DNA from: the human T2T-CHM13v2.0 reference genome, Homo sapiens
Assembly: GCF_009914755.1 (NCBI RefSeq)
Contig: NC_060939.1
Length of the DNA stretch: 64,000 nt
Strand: one strand, 5' to 3'
Shown here one piece after another: positions 41,881-53,220 of the stretch. The notes under the pieces are model-generated. The model did not search any database, was not told the DNA's origin, and saw only the letters and a list, made by a program, of their open reading frames with translations. A program made the translations under genes and the position numbers. Within the stretch, counting starts at the first letter, position 1. Each line of letters opens with the position of its first letter.

Positions 41881-43529
41881 GTTCTGAGGGCCTCATTAAA
41901 CCATCCACTTGGTATTAGCGACTGGCTGTGTGGTACAAAGGGCAGGGACTTAACGCAAGCTTATGACCCACACTTACTGGGAATTGCTCATTCATGGGGA
42001 ATAATTGCAATCCCCCATCCCCATCACAAATGAGGTTCAATGGGTTACCCGCACCTGCCAGCATAGGGTAGGCACACGCTGAGCCAGTGTAACACACATG
42101 CAGCCCCGGACATCTAAGGGCATCACAGACCTGTTACTGCTCAATCTCGGGTGGCTGAATGCCACTTGTCCCTCTAAGAAGTTTCAGGACGCTGACCACT
42201 CTGGGGTCGCATAATGAGTTAGCATGCCAGAGTCTCGTTTATTATCGGAATTAGCCAGACAAATCGCTCCACCAAGAACAGCCATGCACCACCACTCACG
42301 GAATCGAGAAAGAGCTGTCAATCCTGTCCCTGTCCGGGTGAGGTTTCCCGTGTTGAGTCAAATTAAGCCACAGGCTCCACTCCTGGTGGTGCCCTTCTGT
42401 TAATTCCTTTGTTTCAGCTTTGCAACCATACTCCCACCGGAACCCAAAGACTTTGGTTTCCCGGAAGCTGCCTGGCAGGTCATGGGAATAATGCCACCAC
42501 ATCACCAGTCAGCATCGTTTATGGTGGGAATTATGACGGTATCTGATCATCTTGAAACCTCCGACTTTCATTCTTGATTAATGAAAACATTCTTGGCAAA
42601 TGCTTTCGCTCTGGTCCGTCTTGTGCCGGTCCAAGAATTTCACCTCTAGAGGTGCAATATGAAAGCCCCCCGGCCGTCCCTCTTAATCATGGCCTCAGTT
42701 CAAAAACCCACAAAATAGAACCACGGTCCTCTTCCATTATTCCTAGCTTCAGAATCCAGGTGGCTCGGGCCTGCTTTGAACACTAGTTTTTTCAAACACT
42801 TCGGGCCCCACAGGACACTCAGCTAAGAGCATAGAGGTGACACCACCCGTCCCCAAGATCCAACTACGAGCTTTTTAAGTGTAGCAACTTTAATATACGT
42901 TATTGGAGCTGGAATTACCGTGGCTGCTGGCACCAGACTTGCCCTCCAATGGATCCTCGTTAAAGGATTTAAAGTGGACTCATTCCAATTACAGGCCCTC
43001 AAAAGAGTCCTGTATTATTTTTCATCACTACATCCCCAGGTCCGGAGTGGGTAACTTGCGTGCCTGCTGCCTTCCCTGGATGTGGTAGCCATTTGTCAGG
43101 CTCCCTCTCTGGAATCGAACCCTGATGCCGTCATCCATAGTCACCATGGTACGCATGGTGACTGCCATCAAAATTTGATAGGGCAGACGTTCGAATGGGT
43201 CGTCACTGCCACAGGGGGCGTGCGATCGGCCCGAGGTTATCTACAGTCACCAAAGCCGCCGGCGCCCACCCCTCGGCTGCGGCCAAAGAGGGGCTGACCA
43301 GGTTGGTTTTGATCTGATAACTGCACACATCCCCTGTGAAGGGTTCAGTGCCTGTCAGCATGTACTACCTCTAGAATTAAGTTATCCAAGTAGAAGAAGA
43401 GCGAGAAACTAAAGGAACCATAACTGATTTAATGAGCCATTCGCAGTTTCACTGTACCGGCCATGCATACTTAGATACGCATGGCTTAATCTCTCAGACA
43501 AACATGTTACTGGCAGGATGAACCAGGTA
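41881..43529 (-). rRNA. RNA18S: 18S rRNA pseudogene lacking its 3' ~120 nt
   Basis: 5' end TACCTGGTT.ATCCTGCCAGTA at 43529. Conserved GGAATTACCG.GGCTGCTGGCACCAGACTTGCCCTCC and GTACAAAGGGCAGGGAC. Confidence 0.96.
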
Positions 43530-46500
43530 AGTAAAGCGCGGTGAGGCCCCGACAAGGCCAAGGCCTTGCAAGTAGGGGCCCAGCACCCCGGACGTGAAGA
43601 TGGGTTGCGGCCGGGCTGGCGGCAGGGCATGGGCGCGGGGCGGTAGGTGGGAGGTGGGGCATGGAAAACCGGACACCCCACCCACACGACACACCACCAC
43701 CCCCCAATGGGCTCACCACCACCGACCCTTCTCGTCCACATGCGAGGAGGCGGACCGCCCGACCCGTGCCCCGCAGCCGCGATGAACTGGCGGCCATGCG
43801 TGCGCACAGCGGGTGCAGGGCGGCGGCGAGGAGACAGTGCTCCCCCCGCCCCACGGGGCGCCCTGACGTTCGGGTGGAGAGCGAGAAGCGGACCGCGGTG
43901 CCGTGCCTGGCAACAGTCGTGCTGTGCGGCCGCAGCACCCACACACCTGTCCTGGTCAAGGCCCGGCTCCAATCCCCACCGAGGGGCACAGGCGCAGGGG
44001 TTGCAGACACCACACGACGGCCAAAGGAGAGCGAAGGAAGCCGGCTGGCATGCTCACCCCCACCCCCGACCCAGGGAAAGGCCGAGCGACCAGCAAGGCA
44101 GAGATCAAACTTCACCCCACATCGCAAGAATGCCTGTCTGGGAGGGACCACCGGGCTGTGCTCAGGTGCATGCGCCAAACAGGGTAACATCACGCAGGGA
44201 GGACGGGCTCTCCCTGACACCAACGCTCAGGACAGACGCTTCAGGTAACGGCCGCAGCAGGCCCAGGAAGGAAGGCACACCTGGGGTCTCGCCGACCCAA
44301 TTCAGAAGAGCCGGCCGGGAGAAGAAGAGACCCCAGGGGAAGGCCGAGGTGAAGGGAAGGCATGAGAAAGCCTGCCAGTGGGGAAGGGGACACCACAGGA
44401 CGCCTCGAGAGCAGCCAATCGCGGACAGGACACACGCCGGAGTCTCACCGCCAGCAGCCTCTGAGCACGAAGGCAACCCCGCGCCGCACCTGGAGTGGCC
44501 AACTGGCCTTTGGCGATCCCCGTGGCTCCCCCCACTGCCACCGCAGTCACGGCCAGCCCCCGGAACTCTTTCTCCGCACGTGCTGCAAGCCAACCCAAAA
44601 ACCCTCCAAGCGCCCACCAGGCCCACGCGTGGCGCTACCAACCCGATCCCGAAAGCACACGCTCCAGGGGAAGTGGACACCGGGTCAACCAGTTCGGTCC
44701 CAGATGGGGCCACCACCAACGTAAACCCAGTGAGCCACTCAGGTAGAGAGGATCGGCGGGCGGGGAAGGGGGGCACAGACAGGCAAGGGCCAGGGACTGT
44801 GAGGGCAAGGGCACCCATGATCCCACAGAGGAGCGGCTCGGGTAGAAACCTCAGGCACTGCCAGGCCACCAGGAAAACACGGCCACGGGATCCCACCACC
44901 AACAGACACGAGGGCGGTCCCACAGCGCTCCGCCTGGGATGCCAGACAGACCTCGGCACCCACTGACACCCACCTCACGAGCCCCCGGTCCTGCCACCGG
45001 GGCCCCGAAGAGACCACAGCCACAAATCCAATGCCAGCGTCTCATTGCACGTGTTTCTCGTCCCTCCCCCAAACCGGTCCCGCTCCAGGAGACGGGCGCA
45101 CCCCCACCGCGGGATGCTTTCCCAGGGCCAGGCGGCCCAACCCCATGCCCTGCAAACGCGGTCATCGGCACTGGTCGTGATTTGGCATGGGAGCGGGCAG
45201 AGAGCAGACTGGCAGCAGAGGGGGTCACACGCCGGACGGAACACCACGCACACCCACCCCTCGTGGCAGTTGGTTCACAACCGCTAGGACGCTGGGCCTG
45301 ACCAGACGGTATCCTCCCCCAGCTCGGAATGGTGAGGCGGGGGCCACAGTTGGCGACGAGCCACGCTCGGCCACCACCGCGGTGACCAGCGGAACCCTTG
45401 CTCTCCCCCCTTCAACCTGTCCAGGGGGTAAGAGGAGGAGGGTTCTCTGCAAGCGAGCCGCTACGGCAGCGCTACCATAACACAGAGGTGGCAGGCCGAG
45501 AGTATCCGGTACCCCAAAGGCACACTTCTCAAATTGATAAAGAAGGCTTTCTCACCCAGGGCAGGTCACACTCCCCACCCACCAGTCGCCCCTCGTCTGG
45601 CCCACAGAGGCACTCAGGGATGCCGGAGAAGGAAGGGGACCTTGCGGTACAAGAAAAAACCTGCGTGCGGCAACCTTTAGCATTTACAGTCAGGGCAGGG
45701 GCCCGGCCTGTGCGCGTGCGAACAACACCCTAAGGCCCCCAGTCCACCCGCCTTTCTTTCGAGGCAAACCATCTCCAAAAGTAAACCCACATAACGACTG
45801 GCCAGAGGCAGAAACGGTAGTTTCTCGGCGGTCGGCTGGCACACATGTCACCGGCCCTAGCCCACCGCGATCGCTCACACGGCTCTTTCGCACCCGCCAG
45901 AGGGGAGCACAGGACGTGTGCTCACCAGACCAGGAGGCGGTTTTCCCCGCGTGGGAGGGGCGCGTCTCACTCAACCGCCTTGAGCCCCACACCAACGAGC
46001 TCCCTCAGGAGCCACACGCAGACACCACGGCGGCGACCGGAGGAGGGGCCGCTGGGGGTGGGAACGACACATCACGGCTCGGCCTCGGGCACCTGAGGGA
46101 CAACCCGGAGCACTGCAAAGGCCCAGGCAGAGCCAATGTTCATGCAAACCCCGAGAAAGCAGCACGACGGGCCGCCGCGGAGGGGGCCACCCGCAAGTCG
46201 ACAACCACAGGAAGCGAGAGCGAGAGGTGCCTGCCACGTCAGATAACCTCGCCGACACATCCTGCGAAGTAGAAGGTGGGGTTGGGACAGTGAGGTCAGG
46301 CTGGATTCCATACTCATGCCTTCCCAACGCACCAGCCACAGACGGGGAGAGAGACAAGGAGGCCCTCGCAAGCGGGATGAAAACAATGGTCCCATCACCA
46401 CGAACATCCGCCCCTCACCCGTCGCGGCTGGCACCCTGCCTGGGAGAGCATGACATCACCACATCGATCACAAAGAGCCCCCCCAGGAGCGGGGGTCAGC

Positions 46501-46890
46501 CAGCCCGCCAGCGAGAGAGCCGATCAGCCCAGCCATTCCTCACTCTGGGGAAGGGACGGCGGACAACCCAATGGAGACGAGAATGCCTGACACGCACAGC
46601 ACAGAGCCAACATCATGGGGTTGTGACGGCCGCCCCAGGTGCCCACAGTGGAGATCGAACAGGGGTAGGGTAGCCCCCGCCACCCCCAGGTGGGTCAGAG
46701 GCCTGGATCTGGGCCAGCACCGAGAGTCGGGATTCTCAGATGAGCGAGAAAGCAGCAAGCCCGCGGATCCCAGCAGGTGGCTCAAACAGGAGCAGAGCTG
46801 GCTAACTGGGTCACCGGTAAGCCAGAACCCGGCACACATCCAGAGACCCAACCTCTCCAGCGACAGGTCGCCAGACAACAACGTGTCAAC
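43530..46890 (-). other. 5' ETS (degenerate)
   Basis: GC-rich ~3.4 kb from +1 to 18S. Conserved A'/01 processing motif GATCGATGTGG is intact at 46459-46469 (~+420). Confidence 0.9.
44856..44948 (-). ncRNA. miR-663-like hairpin region of the 5'ETS (variant, no evidence of expression)
   Basis: Minus strand CCCAGGCGGAGCGCTGTGGGACCGCCCTCGTGTCTGT...GGGATCCCGTGGCCGTGTTTTCCTGGTGGCC. Confidence 0.6.
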
Positions 46891-47065
46891 AATAACTTGG
46901 TGGCCCAAAATGCCGACTTGGAGTGAAAGATATACCTCCCCCGGGGGCAGGAGATCGAGTCACCGACGACGCCGCTGGCCCAGGAAACCAAGACACGGAC
47001 ATCTGTCCTCAAAAACGCCACCATCAGAGCCAGACACAGAGCACCCAGGGCCCTCTGGTCAACCC
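46870..47065 (-). promoter_or_regulatory. RNA polymerase I 45S promoter (core, UCE, T0 site), mutated; +1 at ~46890
   Basis: Minus strand GGAGGTATATCTTTCACTCCAAGTCGGCATTTTGGGCCACCAAGTTATT|GTTGACACG. T0-type GGGTTGACCAG at 47055-47065. Confidence 0.9.
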
Positions 47066-47501
47066 CAGGACACACGCGGGAGCAGTGCTGGGCCAGGGAC
47101 GCCCTCTCCGCCGCCCATGCCACACGTAGGGGCCTGCCCATGTCTCCAGAGCGAGACTCGGAAACATTTTCGGCCGGCCTGTCGTACGACCAGGACGCAC
47201 GAGGGACTGAAGGCCCGCCAGGTGTTACCTCTTGGGCCGCACACGCGCTCTGGGAGCGCTCTCTGACTCCGCACAGGGACTTGCCAGAAAAGATCCCAGC
47301 AGAGGGCCGCGGCCCAGCCCGGGGACCGCTCCCCTGCACCAGGGTGACAGGGGCAGGACGGTCTCCGGCTCCCCACGGGGACTCAGAAACAAATTCGGCC
47401 ACCGCCTCAGACGGCCAGGATGCGCGTGGGCCAGCGACCGGGCCAGGAAGGGCGTCCCCAGCCTCCCGCTTTGCGGCTCGGGCCTCGGGATCTGCGACAT
47501 G

Positions 47502-47720
47502 CTGGTCGATCAGCCCGGGCAGCCCCACACCCGGCTCGGGCCCAGAAGCACAGTGAGAGCCCCCACCCCCACATAAACCTGTCACCGCAGCTCCGGAAGC
47601 CAAGAGCACGATATAAAAGCAGACGCCAGATAGAGCCCGACAACCGTCGCGAACGTCAGCAAGACAGATCCAGATGGCAGGGCGGCCCAAGGATGGCAAA
47701 AGCGAAACCGTGAGTCAAGA
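47502..47720 (-). promoter_or_regulatory. Putative spacer promoter and spacer terminator remnant
   Basis: Initiator-like CTT|GCTGACG near 47660, TTTCGCT upstream, degenerate Sal box at 47502-47512, ~0.6-0.8 kb upstream of +1. Confidence 0.5.
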
Positions 47721-48690
47721 AGCTCTTCCCGAGGCCAAAAACGCAGCCCCTCTCCCCCAACCCCACAGAAACGGTCCCCAAAACGTGTCTCTGCATCGAC
47801 CGCGACAGAGTCAGAAGACAACCCATGGCGTGTGGGTATTTGGAGATGCATCTCGGAGGGAGGGAGAAAGAACAAACAAGGACTCGGTCGTGGGTCGCTG
47901 TGGACACAGGGCGATGCAGAATACGTAGGCTCTTCCAGAATCCACACAAACACAGACAGAGGGAGAGAAAGAGGGAGGGAGGGAGGGAGGGAATGGAGAA
48001 AAGAGACAGATGGTGAAAGGTAAGGAGGAAGGGAAGGGAGCAGGGAGGGAGGGAGGAAGAAAATGGAGAAAAGAGAGAAAATTTAAAAAATGTAGATACA
48101 GAAAGAAAACTTTTTAAACATTCCATTTTTGAAAGAGAGATGGAAAGGAAAGAAACATGAAAAAGAGAAAGACTGAGGAAAGAAATGAAGGAAAGAAGGG
48201 AAAAAGAAACAGACAGGAAAGAAAAAAGAAGGAAGACAGGGAATGAAAGAGAAATAAAGCACGAAAGGAAAAAGAATAGAAAGAGAGAAAGAAGGAAAGG
48301 AAGAAAGGAAGAAAAATGTAAAGAAGGAGAGAAAGGAAAAAAGGAAGGAAGAAAAACATAAAAGGAGAGAGAGAAAGAAAAGAGATAAATAAATATACTT
48401 ATTTATTTACAAATATAAATACAACACTTTTTATATATTAACATAAATGTATTTACCTACAATCATTTCTTTATATAGCAATATATATTATTTATATATA
48501 ATAAATATATTATATAGAAGTATATTTCTATATGTAATAAACATATATTTATTTTATAGAAATACATTTATTTATATGTAAATATAAATATTTACATTTA
48601 TGTATAAATGTATAAAAATATTTATATATATAAATATAAGTAAATACGTAGAAATGATACAAATAAAAAACAAAATTAAATAAATACGTA

Positions 48691-49057
48691 GGCCGGGTGC
48701 GGTGGCTCACGCCTGTCATCCCAGTACTTTCAGAGGCCGAGATGAGTGCATCACCTGAGGTCGGGAGTTGGAGACCAGCCTGACCAACATGGTGAAACCC
48801 TGTCTCTACTAAAAATACAAAAATCAGCCAGGCGTGGGGGAGCATCCCTGTAATCCCAGCTACTCAGGAATCTGAGGCAGGAGAATCGCTTGAACTTGGG
48901 AGGCAGATGTTGCGGTGAGCCTAGATCGCGCCATTGCCCTCTAGCCTGGGCAACAAGAGTGAAACCCTGCTTCAAAAAAAAAAAAAAAAGGAAGAAGGAA
49001 AAAAAAGAAAGAAAAAAGAAAGAAAGAAAGAAGAAAAAGAAAGAAAGAAAGAAAGAG

Positions 49058-49108
<51 letters not shown>

Positions 49109-49110
49109 AA
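48691..49110 (+). mobile_element. AluS (Sp/Sq-like) with long (AAAG)n tail
   Basis: GGCCGGGTGCGGTGGCTCACGCCTGT..., full dimer. Confidence 0.93.
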
Positions 49111-49582
49111 AGGCAAGGCAAGGCAAGGCAAATCTACCTGCTTTCACTGCATCTGGGGAGAATCAGGAAAGTCCCCACCAACAGCAAGGCGTAAAGTGGA
49201 GCTGCCATCTGTAAAACCCGAGCATAAGATTCCATGCGTGTTAAAGACATGAAGAAAGACAAGGAAAAAACTGACCAAAGAGAAGAACAATCTGGCCCAG
49301 CCAGGGTCTGTCTCCTGAGGTTGTCTGGGCAACCAGGGTATGGGACAGAGGGAGGGCCTCCGAGACTCCGTCTCAAAAAATAAATCATGGTAATAAAATA
49401 AAATTAAGTTAAAAAAAGAAGTTATGCATAATTCCTAACGTGTTTGATGCCTCGAAAGGCGAGAGGTGTATGTGTATGTCACAGTGGGGTTGTTTTCTTC
49501 TTTTTTCCCGGAAACTTACTTTTTAATTATTTTGTTTCATTTCATTTTTATTTTTATTTTATTTTGAAGTCCAGTGTCACAA

Positions 49583-49780
49583 ACATGGCGATACCCCGTC
49601 TCTACTAAGGTACAAAAATTAGCGGGGCATTATGGCATGTGCCTGTAATCCCAGCCACTCAGGAGGCTGAGACTGGAGAATAGCTTTAACCTGGGAGATG
49701 GTTGTTACAGTGAACGGAGAGTGCACCACTGAATTCCAGCCTGGGTGGCTGAGGGAGATTCCGTCTTAAAAAAAAAAATG
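49583..49780 (+). mobile_element. 5'-truncated Alu
   Basis: AACATGGCGATACCCCGTCTCTACTAA...GAGATTCCGTCTTAAAAA. Confidence 0.85.
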
Positions 49781-49899
49781 CAAAGAAACTAAGAAGAACA
49801 GACCAAAATATTTCATTGTTTCAGAACGTTCCCCCAGAGGACCGGAGGTGGTGTTTCGTTTTACTTCTCTCTCTCTTTCTCTCTCTCTCTTTTTCTCCC

Positions 49900-50175
49900 C
49901 TTTTATTTCTTGTTGAAGCATACATGTGCAAGATTGTTACATAGGTAAACTTCTGACTGGAGGGTTCAGTGTGCAGATGATTTCTTCACCCAGATACTCA
50001 GCGCAGTACCCGACAGTTTTTGTGTTTTGTTTGTTTTGCTTTTTCCTGAAGCTTTCTCTCCTTCCACCCCTCCTCCCTCAAGTAGGCTCCCGCTTCTCTC
50101 GTCCCCCTAGTTCTTCCCACGCATTCTCATTATTTAGTTCCCACTTACAGGTGAGAACACGCGGTATTTAGCTGA
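49900..50175 (-). mobile_element. Old L1 3'UTR fragment
   Basis: TACATGTGCAAGATTGTTACATAGGTAAAC...TTCCCACTTACAGGTGAGAACACGCGGTATTT. Confidence 0.75.
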
Positions 50176-50561
50176 TTGTTGCTTTCATCTTTGGTGGTGG
50201 TGATGAAAGAGGCATGACACTAAATCGACCCTTAGGATGCTCCCCTCCATCCCCGCCCCACACCCCCTCCCCACACACACCCTCTTTCCTGCATCCCCTC
50301 CTGAAACCCAACAAAGGAAGAAAGACAGACATTAAAGTAAGAGGTCAGACTCCAAGGCGGTGGAGGCGGGGCATCTCAAAGGGTGAGCAAGCAATGGGGG
50401 TAGGGGGATGTCATTGCCTAGGTAGCAAAAATAGGGGACCGACTTTTCAGCCCCACCACACCCTCTAATACTCAGCCATCGCTTTGGACTTCATCCAAGG
50501 AAGGCTGGTCTCAGGGACTCCAGACCTACCCTCTCTGGATTTCTAGAGTATAAGACGTTAT

Positions 50562-50884
50562 GGCCGGACGCGGGGCTCACACCTTTAATCTCAGCACTTT
50601 GGGTGGCCGAGGTGGGTGGGACACCTCAAGTTGGCAGTTCTAGACCAGCCTGACCAATATGGAGATACGCAGTCTCCATTCCAAAAAAAAAAAAAAAAAA
50701 TTAGCCAGGAGTGCGGTGGGTGCCTGTGGTTTCAGCTACACGAAAGGCTGAAGGCTGGAAAATCCCTTGAAACCAGGCGGCGGAGGTTGCAGTGAGCTGA
50801 AGTCACACCACTGCACTCCAGCCTGGGTAATAAGAGCGAAACTCTACCTGAAAGAAAAAAAAAACAAAAAGAAAAGAAAAAAAG
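50562..50884 (+). mobile_element. AluS inserted in the long-repeat paralog
   Basis: Full dimer with imperfect TSD AAGACGTTAT/AAGATATTAT. The paralog at ~29780 is the empty site. Confidence 0.88.
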
Positions 50885-51539
50885 ATATTATGAAGTATAG
50901 CTTATATCAATCGGCTCTCACTGTACCTTGAGAGATTCAGAAAATCGCTACTTAATGACAGAAGAAAACACCAGCTAACATGTTTTGGGGAAAATACACG
51001 TCTTCCTAAAATTGGTAAAATCTACTTCACATGAAAAGAGATAAGTAAAGTAAAAAATACAAACAAAACAAAACACAAAAACAAACAAGGGCCAAGGCAT
51101 CGTTTGTGGAAATATTATGTGAGCAAATTGTTACTTTTTAGAAAGTGTTTCTATGTTGGGCAAATACCAATAAGGCCCAGGGTTAAGCTGTGAAATGTGG
51201 CAGCGTGTACCATTTTGAGGGCTGAAATCCTTGTTGATCACTCCTTTCATCACAGCACTTTGGGAGGTTTGGGCGGGCGGATACCTGGAGTTCATGAGTT
51301 CAAGAGCAATCTGGGCAATATAGCAAAATTCTGACTCTACTAAAAAGGCAAACGTTAGCTGGGTATGATGTCACACAGAATTATGTTCCAAGAGGAAGCA
51401 TCCCAAATACCCATGGTCCCCAGTCAAGTCAAGAAATGAACTGAGTTTAGAAATTCGTAGTGTCATTGCTGCCTCGAAAGGCGAGAGGTGTATGTTTGTG
51501 TCACTGTGGGTTTCTATTTTTTCTTGGAAACTCACTTAT

Positions 51540-51846
<307 letters not shown>

Positions 51847-51875
51847 TACTGGTTTATTTTTAAAAACAGCAATTT

Positions 51876-52205
51876 GGGTCGGGGGCAGTGTGTCACGCCT
51901 CTCTATATCGACCAACATTTTTTCTCGAGTCTGATGACTTGGGGCCTCCCAGCATTTTGGGAGGCCGAGGGCACTGGATTCTTGGAAGTTGGAGTTCAAG
52001 ACCAGCCTGGGCAACATGGGGAAACCCTGTCGCTACTAAAAAGACAAAAGTTAGCTAGGTATGGTGGCACACGCCTGTTATCCCAGCTACTCGAGAGGCT
52101 AAGGCAAGAGAATCGCTGGAACCTGGGAGGCAGTGGTTTAAGTGGCCCGATACCGCGCCATGGCCTGATGAACAGAACCAGACTCCATCTCAAATAAATT
52201 AATAA
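51876..52205 (+). mobile_element. Alu (Sz/J-like) with a ~45-bp insertion in the left arm
   Basis: TCACGCCT[insert]CCCAGCATTTTGGGAGGCCGAGG...GACTCCATCTCAAATAAA. Confidence 0.82.
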
Positions 52206-52975
52206 ATACATTAGTTAACCGAAAAGTATAAAAAGAAAACTGCAAGGAAGTGGCGGGAATGCACGGGAAAGCTTCACTCTTTCCTAAAGATCAGAGCAGA
52301 AAAACAGTACCATCAGGTTGAGATACAGGCCATTCTGAATCTCTTCTCAGTGTGCTCAATTGACACCAAAGAAGGACAGGTTTCCATACCGCCCGTTCAT
52401 CATCACCGCTCTCGTCAAGTATAATTGCGGAGTCATGACTACACAGAGATCTCGCAACCCACCGTGTCCGTACTTTTATGAGTCCAGTTGGAAGAATAAA
52501 CAGGGAATTTAGCAAAGTAATCATCATATGTACTTTTGTCTCCCATGTCTCTCCTGAAACCCATCAAATTCCTGGTCCATTTTTTCCTCACCCTTCGACC
52601 GTCCACAGAGCACCGAAATAAAAGAACAGTGAATGCATTTTACACGACAAGCAGGAAAAACAACAAAGTGAAAGTCACAGAGGCTCGTGATACACAGAGA
52701 GATACAGAATAAGGAGACTCTTCTAGAATACACACAAAGACAGACAGACAGAAGGATGGAAAGAAACAAATGAAGAAAAGAGAGAGAGAGTAAGGAAGAT
52801 CAAGAAAAAAATATAGACAGAGATGTAAAGGGAAGAAAGATGAAAAGGAAAACCGAAAGACATAAAAACAGAAAAAAAAGAATGAGAAATGAGAGAAAAA
52901 AGGGGGGAAGAAAAAGAGAGAGAATAAAAATAAAAGACAGAAAGAGAAAGAAAAAATGAAGGAAATAAAAAAGAG

Positions 52976-53220
52976 GGCAGGGCATCGTGGCTCACACTTA
53001 TAATCTCAGCACTTTGGGAGGCTGAGGTGGAAGAATTGCTGGAGCCCAGGACTTTGAGACCAGCCCTGGCAACACAGTGAGACCCCTTCTCTACTAAAAA
53101 AGAAAAGAAAAGAAAAGAAGAATCAGGGCATCGTGATGGTAGGCGCCTGTAGTCCCAGATCCTTTGGAGCCTGAGGTGAGAGCATCGCTTGGGCTCGAGA
53201 GGCAGAGGCTGCAGCGGGCC
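52976..53220 (+). mobile_element. AluJ-like element
   Basis: GGCTCACACTTATAATCTCAGCACTTTGGGAGGCTGAGG...ATTGCTGGAGCCCAGGA. Confidence 0.82.

Larger units (their letters stand above)
47066..50475 (-). other. Promoter-proximal rDNA IGS
   Basis: Contiguous with the promoter. Purine tract 47955-48385, AT-rich tract 48385-48690, Alus and unique blocks recognisable as the end of the human IGS. Confidence 0.8.

Noticed and set aside
36144-46890. Active 45S rRNA gene
   Set aside because: Pervasive CpG decay, indels in universally conserved cores, loss of ITS1 and the 18S 3' end, and a mutated promoter.
35375-47953. Numerous 100-440 aa Pro/Arg/Gly-rich ORFs on both strands
   Set aside because: Expected in GC-rich rDNA. 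They overlap rRNA/ETS homology and show no domain motifs.
51900-51947. Insert in an Alu containing CTGA/TGATGA as a C/D snoRNA
   Set aside because: Too short, the boxes overlap in the wrong order, and there is no terminal stem. Origin unidentified.
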